DNA of 64,000 bases, taken from positions 1 through 64,000 of IMG/VR virus record IMGVR_UViG_3300027797_000019. One strand, given 5' to 3'. Below are positions 58,401 through 64,000 of the stretch, one piece after another (the stretch's first letter is position 1; the number at the start of each line of letters is the position of its first letter). Origin of the DNA: a virus. The translations under genes and the position numbers were made by a program. The notes under the pieces were generated by a model. That model was not told the DNA's origin, did not search any database, and saw only the letters and a program-made list of their open reading frames with translations.

Positions 58401-59456
58401 TTGAGTATTACCAGAAGAGAAATATCAGAAAGATTTTCAGGTCAAGCGCAAATTAATCCTGTAGAATTCATCGAGTTTTACATGGACAATTTTGAAAAAG
58501 TAAGTAAAGAGGTTAAAGATTTTGTAAAGAGTCAAGATTCTTATAAGAAAATATTTGCTGTATACATTTCAGCTAATCGTGGTGTTGAAGAGCAAGAGTA
58601 TGTTCAGGAAGAGCTTACAAAACTTATAGATGCTATTAAAGAAAAGTATAACATAGATAAGGAAAAAGCACCGAATGTAGCTGAAAATCAAGACAATACA
58701 ACGCAACCGCCTTCTACGACTACTCCAGTTAACGATGACGAAGACGATCCTCAGGCTACGCCAGTTACAGCTGCTGATATTCAATCTGCAACAGGATTAG
58801 ACGAGGACGCTGCTACTGATGCTGAAGAACTTGTACCTGCTCAAACTATACCGAAGACAGCAGCAGAAGCTGATGATTTATCTATACTAGATGCATTTGA
58901 TAATGCTCTAACATCTGCACCTGTAGAAGATGCTGCTCAACCATCGGAAACAATTCCTGTGACAGATACTAAACCTGCAGAGCAACCAGAGCAGAAAAGC
59001 TCCGTAGAATTAGATTTATTTGTTGTAGATCTTGCTGCACAATCATTACCTAATGCATCTTGGGCAGTGCAAGCACAGTTTATTAATGATCTCAGAAAGA
59101 AGTTTGAGAATTATAATCGCAGAGCTAAGAAAAAATTAGCAGACATTGAAGAATATGTTCAAACAGTTTCTGGTAAGAAGGCGGTAAAAGATCTTATTTC
59201 AAATGCTGGGCAGTCACAAACTGAAATACAATTTGCAGAACCTGTAATTGAAACAAGAGACATATCAACACCAAATATTGATGTTGCAAATCTTACACAA
59301 GAGCAGGTTATAAACTTTGAAGATTTAAAAAATACTCATTCTGAACTTGTAGAGTTTAAACAAAAAGCTCTACAAAATAAGGAAAAAAGTGTTAACTTTG
59401 ATATAGAGAGAGACTTGGCTTCAGACATCAATGATGCGCTGACTTGTCTCTTGTAA
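55419..59456 (+). CDS. large ejection protein with membrane-inserting segments
   Basis: Ala/Gly-rich hydrophobic helices and an EGVQELLQ motif; 1345 aa. Confidence 0.7.
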   Translation: MAEFENNPFDSVFGSAATDVYQDRPKLPDNPFQTAVNAVNTGGYGAQYFPESSVAPFRAQDFFQAQGFDPANYSQNYAGYAAAETWGSTFGKAFDDFGYKFGNSFVEGAYSTGRLLRSIFTLGSYGINKDEDDLLKQYYADQENELKNTIFMTPEEQESFFNKKFVKDFIGNAGYTLGTLAEIAAETALTFGVGAAVSAGLKGVGLTARAATLGAGAISAESAAAGLSASTKVLEGAAAAGRAAVDDVAKAGMTHAEAAANLSTMGRVGEFGNRVVNETFRAVGMNFADIAKAQGLYNKIWAAGENFIPVAGNLMRTGKELAIAGANGADMLKLAGVGFNGFRRSLNEMTLATSESAFESANAYGDTYTALHNQFREQYDRVPTELEEKAIRETAMNVGGSVFDINMGILLTMNKIQFGNLFSRFGPTNKFMREMVVNNAEDRVLARAVANDVKTKFYKQGFLGTFGNLGEIAEDFGKKRATWEATKSLGRGMGKFELTEGVQELLQEGSAVGVKDYYESIYNGNPMSLEESITRGARSQANQEGFKTFLMGALTGRLVAPVTYVGGKASEYGYAAVQGNLESMKVQDQKVTDAVNQLNLFFDNKRNGTQHYVRNAREQAVASENITEAATTGNVYEFNNAKEDALVSAVRAAMMTNTTDAFVSALRQTGEQFSEAEFKEAYGVDVNETGYNSVKEFTNKIADDINTYTDTYKSLVRKYGPLVDPQIFPKDSKDFRRAMYLQNALYGAIDVVAVNSIKGKQAGERSRTLANELRSISEIANSADYALRILSNPRNLESELGIAQSELASLQASYEQTQDPALKQAIDNKVEELELLNSWKQFWLFENTIEQQELEGQEELSGDEREKNKKLPKDLQYTFIGTANKKAYQDGTLTKEEFDTLIKNDTVQQLFKKIVNLKNKQAGLDTRVSDETIRQSIDKLVDYIRLDKNAKDYINAVDILLDPKNFRKAHLRFADGEFKARISDALTWLENELVLSITRREISERFSGQAQINPVEFIEFYMDNFEKVSKEVKDFVKSQDSYKKIFAVYISANRGVEEQEYVQEELTKLIDAIKEKYNIDKEKAPNVAENQDNTTQPPSTTTPVNDDEDDPQATPVTAADIQSATGLDEDAATDAEELVPAQTIPKTAAEADDLSILDAFDNALTSAPVEDAAQPSETIPVTDTKPAEQPEQKSSVELDLFVVDLAAQSLPNASWAVQAQFINDLRKKFENYNRRAKKKLADIEEYVQTVSGKKAVKDLISNAGQSQTEIQFAEPVIETRDISTPNIDVANLTQEQVINFEDLKNTHSELVEFKQKALQNKEKSVNFDIERDLASDINDALTCLL

Positions 59457-59476
59457 ATAAGCTAATCCGGTAAACT

Positions 59477-62400
59477 ATGACTAACTGTAAGGTAACACCT
59501 GCGGACTTCCTTCCTATTTTAAAGAAGCTGGTGCAGGCGGACCCACAGCGATATACTAACTTTGATAATGTAGCAAAAGCAGTAATCACTAATGGTTCCC
59601 TAACCCCCTTTAATAAAGCAACCGCTATTTATTCATTTGCAGAGCTATTTCAAGCTTTGCACGGACTTGATGTTTCCTTTTATGAATTAGGAAAAGCAAA
59701 CAATATTGTCGGATTAAAAAGTCTTATTGAATCAAACCCTGATAACTTTATTGATCAAGCATCTGAAATTTTTGGTGTAAAGTCTAAAGTATCCACAATC
59801 AAACCTGAAAAAATTATTGACTCAATTAAAAATCTTGAGTCATTAAAATCAATTACACAGGTACAGATTGATAATATTCTTAAAGATGTAAATGCGTTTC
59901 TATCATCAAATGATTATAAAAATCAGGATGATAGATTGCAGGATATTAATAAGTTTATGGATTTTCTTGAGAATACTATTAAACAGCTATCTCCGGAAAA
60001 TCAGACGTTTCTACTTAATAGAACTACAGCTGCACGTACAAAGCTGATAGGCAAATCACCTTATATTCGTTTACAGAATTTGTCAGAAGACTTGCAAACT
60101 TACATTGTAAGTCTGCCAGGTTTTATAGTAGTAGAAGCTGTAAAGCAAGATGGTCAATTTATCTCTTTGAGTGGTGAAGTAATTACGGATTATCTTTTTG
60201 CGCGTCCTGCTTTACCTACACCTAGCGAAACCTTTAACAGAGGTGAAACTATTTTCTATGACGTAAACATGCGCTCTGGTCTAAGAATCAGAGATATTAT
60301 TTTAGAAGGTCAGAAACCCGCATCAGAAGTTTTGGCATCAAAATCAAAAGAAGCAGTTAATTCTGCTTTTAAAGTTTTTGCAGTTAAGGTTGGTAACATT
60401 GCAGATAATCGCATATCACGAATATATTCAGAAGCTTCATCAAATCCTTCATTAGCAGGTTTGGCTAATCGGACTTATGAAACTTTTGAGAATGAAGCTC
60501 AGATTCAAAAGCTTGAAAAATCTGTTGGTTTTACTGAAGTTCTTACAGTTGCTAGACCTAAACAAGATCAAGGATTTATTTTAGTGGGTGTTGTAGAAGG
60601 TACGGGTGAAACCTTTGAAATATTTACTCTTAACAATTACAGTTTTGTTGACAATAACAACAACACAACTATTGTAGACTTCAGTAACGCTGAGCATCTT
60701 AAAAGAATACAAAACACCTCTGTAACGAATAGAAATGGTCAATACGCTAAACTGACTGATGCTGATATCAATGAGCTTAAAAAAGCTTATGAAATTTATA
60801 AGCAGTTTGAAAATCAAGTATTACCAGAAGTAGAACTTGGTGGAGCAGTTACAGATGTAACAAATATATTCAAAAATAGTTACAACCTATTCTCCTATGG
60901 TGCAGGTTCTGGTACATCTAGTCAATCTTTAGATGACTATGTAATGAATAATCCTGAGACAGCACCGACAGTTGATGTTGTAACATTAGACGAAAGAACA
61001 GGAATAGAAACTAATCGTAAAACCATACAAGTACCATTAGTCCTTTTTACAAATACGAATCGTTCTACTATTCAGGTTAATCCTGAAGATTTCAATATCG
61101 ACTCTACTAACTGGTCTTTTGAGTCACAATTAGGTAATAAAGAAATTATTGAGTTTAATGGAAAAGCGTATAGTTCTGTATCAGAATTTGCTGTAGACTA
61201 CCTCGGTAAGAATAGTCTTGGAAGATGGATTAATGCTATGAATTCCAGATCGATTCCTTATAATAAGAAATATCTATTGACAAAGACAGGATCTGGTTTA
61301 GTTACATCAAATCCTATCGCGTCTACAATGTTTAATAACGCAAAGTTTATAGGGTTATATGCAAGAATTGCTAGTCATTTTGATGTTGTAGCTGAGGCAT
61401 TAGCTACAGCTGAAGGATTAAGTGATGAGCAGATTAACGATTTGAACTTTGAATTCAATACCAAACAAATTCAAATTGATCCTCGCGGTAGTGTAGCTGT
61501 AAACATTAATGTCAGAAAGAGTAACGAGAATAAACCTATTCTGGTGTTTACTCTTAAACCTATGCAAAGAGTATACGGTGGTCTAATAAAGCCAATTAGT
61601 ATTGAGTTTCCAATTGATACGATTAAAGATGACATTAAAAGATTTAAGTCTAACAGTGTACTTGAAAAACTAAAAGGAAAGTACACATCTTTAAATATTC
61701 ACGATTTAAGCACACCAGAAGGTATTATCGATTTATACGCTGATTTAGCTAAACTTCAGGAAAGACATCCCGAAGACGCCGAACTTAAAAATTATAATTT
61801 ACGAGTTACTCAAAGTGTACAGCGTATTACTAAGAGTATCGTAGATTCAATGGTTGGTACATTTGAAGATGTAATTAATGCAGGTTCAGATGAACTTAAA
61901 TCTGCGTATGAAAAAAGTGGTTTAAAAAAGAACCCATTTTTGATTATTGCTCAAACTACACCTGGTTTACCGGGTGAAGGACCTATTTATTCATTACGTG
62001 TCAATGATGTCAAAGTTGGAAAATTCAATACAAAATTCTATCAAGTTCTTACAGCTAAACCAAGTAAAGTCGCTTTTGAAGCAGCTTACCAAAACTCTAC
62101 GTCGACTAAAATATCATCTACAAAAGAGTCAGGGATTGGGTCAACAAACACTCAAGCTAATCCTGCGATACAGAACAATGGGTTAGATATTCCAGTTGAA
62201 GACAGCATTCTTTCTGTTGAAGAAGACTTTTCTGATAATTATACTGAACCGTTTAGCGAAGAACGATTACAATCTGAAAAAGCATGGTTACAAGAAAATC
62301 TTAAGTCTGCTAAGCTAGAAGAAAAAGATTTGTCTGAACTTCTAGAAATAGTAGAAGCAAACGGAACCATATTGGGTATGTATAAGGATAGCGTGATCTA

Positions 62401-64000
62401 TCTAAATAAGACTATCAAATCTGGTGGTACTATTTATCACGAAGCTTTTCACCATGTTTTCAGAAAGTTGATGACTTCAAAAGAACGTTCTAGACTATTC
62501 AAAGAAGTTAAAGCAAATACTAAAAACAGTAAATATTTTACAGACGAATACCGTAAATCATTTGCTCAACGTAGAAAGTTAACTGGTAGCAAGGAAAGAA
62601 TCGACAACCTTATTGCTGAAGAAATTTTAGCAGAAGGGTTTAAGTCATATATGACAAAAACTAAAGCTTCAAAACCTGTGGGTTTGCTTGCTAAATTATT
62701 TAGCTTACTTAAAGATATTATTGCATTCTTTACTAAGAATGCTAGTACTATCGATAAGGTTTATGGTAGAATTGCTACAGGATATTATAAAAATGCATCT
62801 GTTATTAGTAACTATGAAACAGGTTCGGTAGCTTTTGAACTAGCCCCTACTCGACATAGAATTGTTCAAAAAGAAGACGGTACTGTTAAAAGGGTATCTA
62901 GCTTCCTTCCTGTAGAAGATCAAAAGCAATTAGCATATAGACTTGCATACGAGATCATGAATTTTGATCCTCGTGAATTTGCCGAAATCAATCCTGATAT
63001 AAAGTTAACACTAAGAGATAAGTTCGACTTGCAGAGAAAACTTCTTGCAATGTCTGACTTTAACATTGAAAGTTGGATTGCAACAAATCCTGGTAAGAAT
63101 AGTGTTATTCAGGAAAACTGGAGATCAAGACTTGAAGACATGCGTGCTATTTTAGCACATGGTGTGTTGCAATTTAATATAGATGGTCAAATGATGGCTT
63201 TTCTTCCAAAAGCCGAAAACATGACTGGTAATCCATCTTATGACAATATTGATGATTCAGGTGTATCTCAAGTTTATGACAAATCAGTTGACGTACTTTT
63301 TGATCAAGTCAAGAGTATTTTAAAACACATAAACTTTGGGTCTGCGGTTGCGCATAAAGAGCAAGAAGATATTGTAGAGCAGGATATAATCAATCAGGAT
63401 GATTTTGATATTTCTGAAGATGAATTAGGATCTGCTTCTGATTTGGACTCATCTTTCTTTAATATTAATCCACTTGAAGGATTACCTAGAGAAATGAGAA
63501 GATTTTTGTCTTTGGTTAAATATGAAACTGAAGATGAGAATGGTGTCAAGTATAGTAGAATGGTTGATGGTTCTAACATCTTCAATTTATTGATGAAGAT
63601 TACCGCTAATGCTATGCCGGAAGAAATTATTCCTAGAATTGCATTGGCTGGTGAGCAATACCGCTATGATGAAAATATTGAAGAAGCTCGTTCTTTAGAA
63701 GCAGTATTTAATGTTCTTCAAAAGAATATTAGGTTTAATGAAAGCTTTGAACCTATTGGTGGAGATTTACTTCTATACTCTCAAGTAATTGATACATTCC
63801 ACAATGCTGAAATGGATTCATTACTTACCAAGCTTAACACTAAAGAAGAATATGATGATCAGAATCAGCTTATTTCATCTCAAACAAGCACATCGCAGGT
63901 AGAAAAACTTACTCGTGCAGACGTTCAATCTAAAATGGATGGATTAGAATCCAAGCTTAAATCTACTAATACAAAATCTGCATCGACAGAAGAATATAAA
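59477..64000 (+). CDS. giant virion protein with a zincin domain (crAss-type RNA-polymerase/cargo cluster), truncated by the window end
   Basis: Starts MTNCKVTPADFLP, with in-frame HEAFHH at 62438 and EEILAEGF. The frame matches at the start, the motif and the window end (>1500 codons); absent from the ORF track, consistent with no stop. No RNAP DxDxD motif was noticed in the window. Confidence 0.8.
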   Translation, partial: MTNCKVTPADFLPILKKLVQADPQRYTNFDNVAKAVITNGSLTPFNKATAIYSFAELFQALHGLDVSFYELGKANNIVGLKSLIESNPDNFIDQASEIFGVKSKVSTIKPEKIIDSIKNLESLKSITQVQIDNILKDVNAFLSSNDYKNQDDRLQDINKFMDFLENTIKQLSPENQTFLLNRTTAARTKLIGKSPYIRLQNLSEDLQTYIVSLPGFIVVEAVKQDGQFISLSGEVITDYLFARPALPTPSETFNRGETIFYDVNMRSGLRIRDIILEGQKPASEVLASKSKEAVNSAFKVFAVKVGNIADNRISRIYSEASSNPSLAGLANRTYETFENEAQIQKLEKSVGFTEVLTVARPKQDQGFILVGVVEGTGETFEIFTLNNYSFVDNNNNTTIVDFSNAEHLKRIQNTSVTNRNGQYAKLTDADINELKKAYEIYKQFENQVLPEVELGGAVTDVTNIFKNSYNLFSYGAGSGTSSQSLDDYVMNNPETAPTVDVVTLDERTGIETNRKTIQVPLVLFTNTNRSTIQVNPEDFNIDSTNWSFESQLGNKEIIEFNGKAYSSVSEFAVDYLGKNSLGRWINAMNSRSIPYNKKYLLTKTGSGLVTSNPIASTMFNNAKFIGLYARIASHFDVVAEALATAEGLSDEQINDLNFEFNTKQIQIDPRGSVAVNINVRKSNENKPILVFTLKPMQRVYGGLIKPISIEFPIDTIKDDIKRFKSNSVLEKLKGKYTSLNIHDLSTPEGIIDLYADLAKLQERHPEDAELKNYNLRVTQSVQRITKSIVDSMVGTFEDVINAGSDELKSAYEKSGLKKNPFLIIAQTTPGLPGEGPIYSLRVNDVKVGKFNTKFYQVLTAKPSKVAFEAAYQNSTSTKISSTKESGIGSTNTQANPAIQNNGLDIPVEDSILSVEEDFSDNYTEPFSEERLQSEKAWLQENLKSAKLEEKDLSELLEIVEANGTILGMYKDSVIYLNKTIKSGGTIYHEAFHHVFRKLMTSKERSRLFKEVKANTKNSKYFTDEYRKSFAQRRKLTGSKERIDNLIAEEILAEGFKSYMTKTKASKPVGLLAKLFSLLKDIIAFFTKNASTIDKVYGRIATGYYKNASVISNYETGSVAFELAPTRHRIVQKEDGTVKRVSSFLPVEDQKQLAYRLAYEIMNFDPREFAEINPDIKLTLRDKFDLQRKLLAMSDFNIESWIATNPGKNSVIQENWRSRLEDMRAILAHGVLQFNIDGQMMAFLPKAENMTGNPSYDNIDDSGVSQVYDKSVDVLFDQVKSILKHINFGSAVAHKEQEDIVEQDIINQDDFDISEDELGSASDLDSSFFNINPLEGLPREMRRFLSLVKYETEDENGVKYSRMVDGSNIFNLLMKITANAMPEEIIPRIALAGEQYRYDENIEEARSLEAVFNVLQKNIRFNESFEPIGGDLLLYSQVIDTFHNAEMDSLLTKLNTKEEYDDQNQLISSQTSTSQVEKLTRADVQSKMDGLESKLKSTNTKSASTEEYK

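Noticed and set aside
59477-64000. Naming the last ORF as the virion RNA polymerase
   Set aside because: The catalytic motif is not visible in the window; only size, position and the zincin motif are supported

Overview
A 64-kb, AT-rich fragment of a crAss-like (Crassvirales-type) podophage that infects a Bacteroidota host. The assignment rests on gene content and order, TAnnTTTG promoters and A-rich translation starts without Shine-Dalgarno sequences; it is not from a database search. Positions 1-13.0 kb are a minus-strand early/accessory region: a spore-photoproduct-lyase-like radical SAM enzyme, a MoxR-type AAA+/VWA pair, many small ORFs and a tRNA-like ncRNA. Transcription diverges at a G-run-rich gap near 13.1 kb that carries a near-perfect parS palindrome. 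Next come three tRNAs, a short minus-strand block, and GroES-like, HU/IHF-like and PD-(D/E)xK genes. The plus-strand virion module follows: TerL, portal, scaffold-like protein, major capsid protein, ring/adaptor proteins, a Cys-rich fibre cluster, a metallophosphoesterase, the tail muzzle/stabilisation protein and giant cargo proteins, the last running off the window. Most striking: (1) a three-gene fibre cassette in which FN3 domains are split across gene boundaries, suggesting pilus-like donor-strand and disulfide polymerisation, anchored by a protein with four eukaryote-type thrombospondin-1 repeats; (2) a cargo protein built from small modules separated by about 16 hydrophobic-x-x-Gly-Gly motifs, a candidate polyprotein; (3) two tRNA-mimic RNAs with large structured inserts in place of the anticodon loop; (4) a host-type parS site. 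All family names come from motif recognition and need HMM or structure confirmation.
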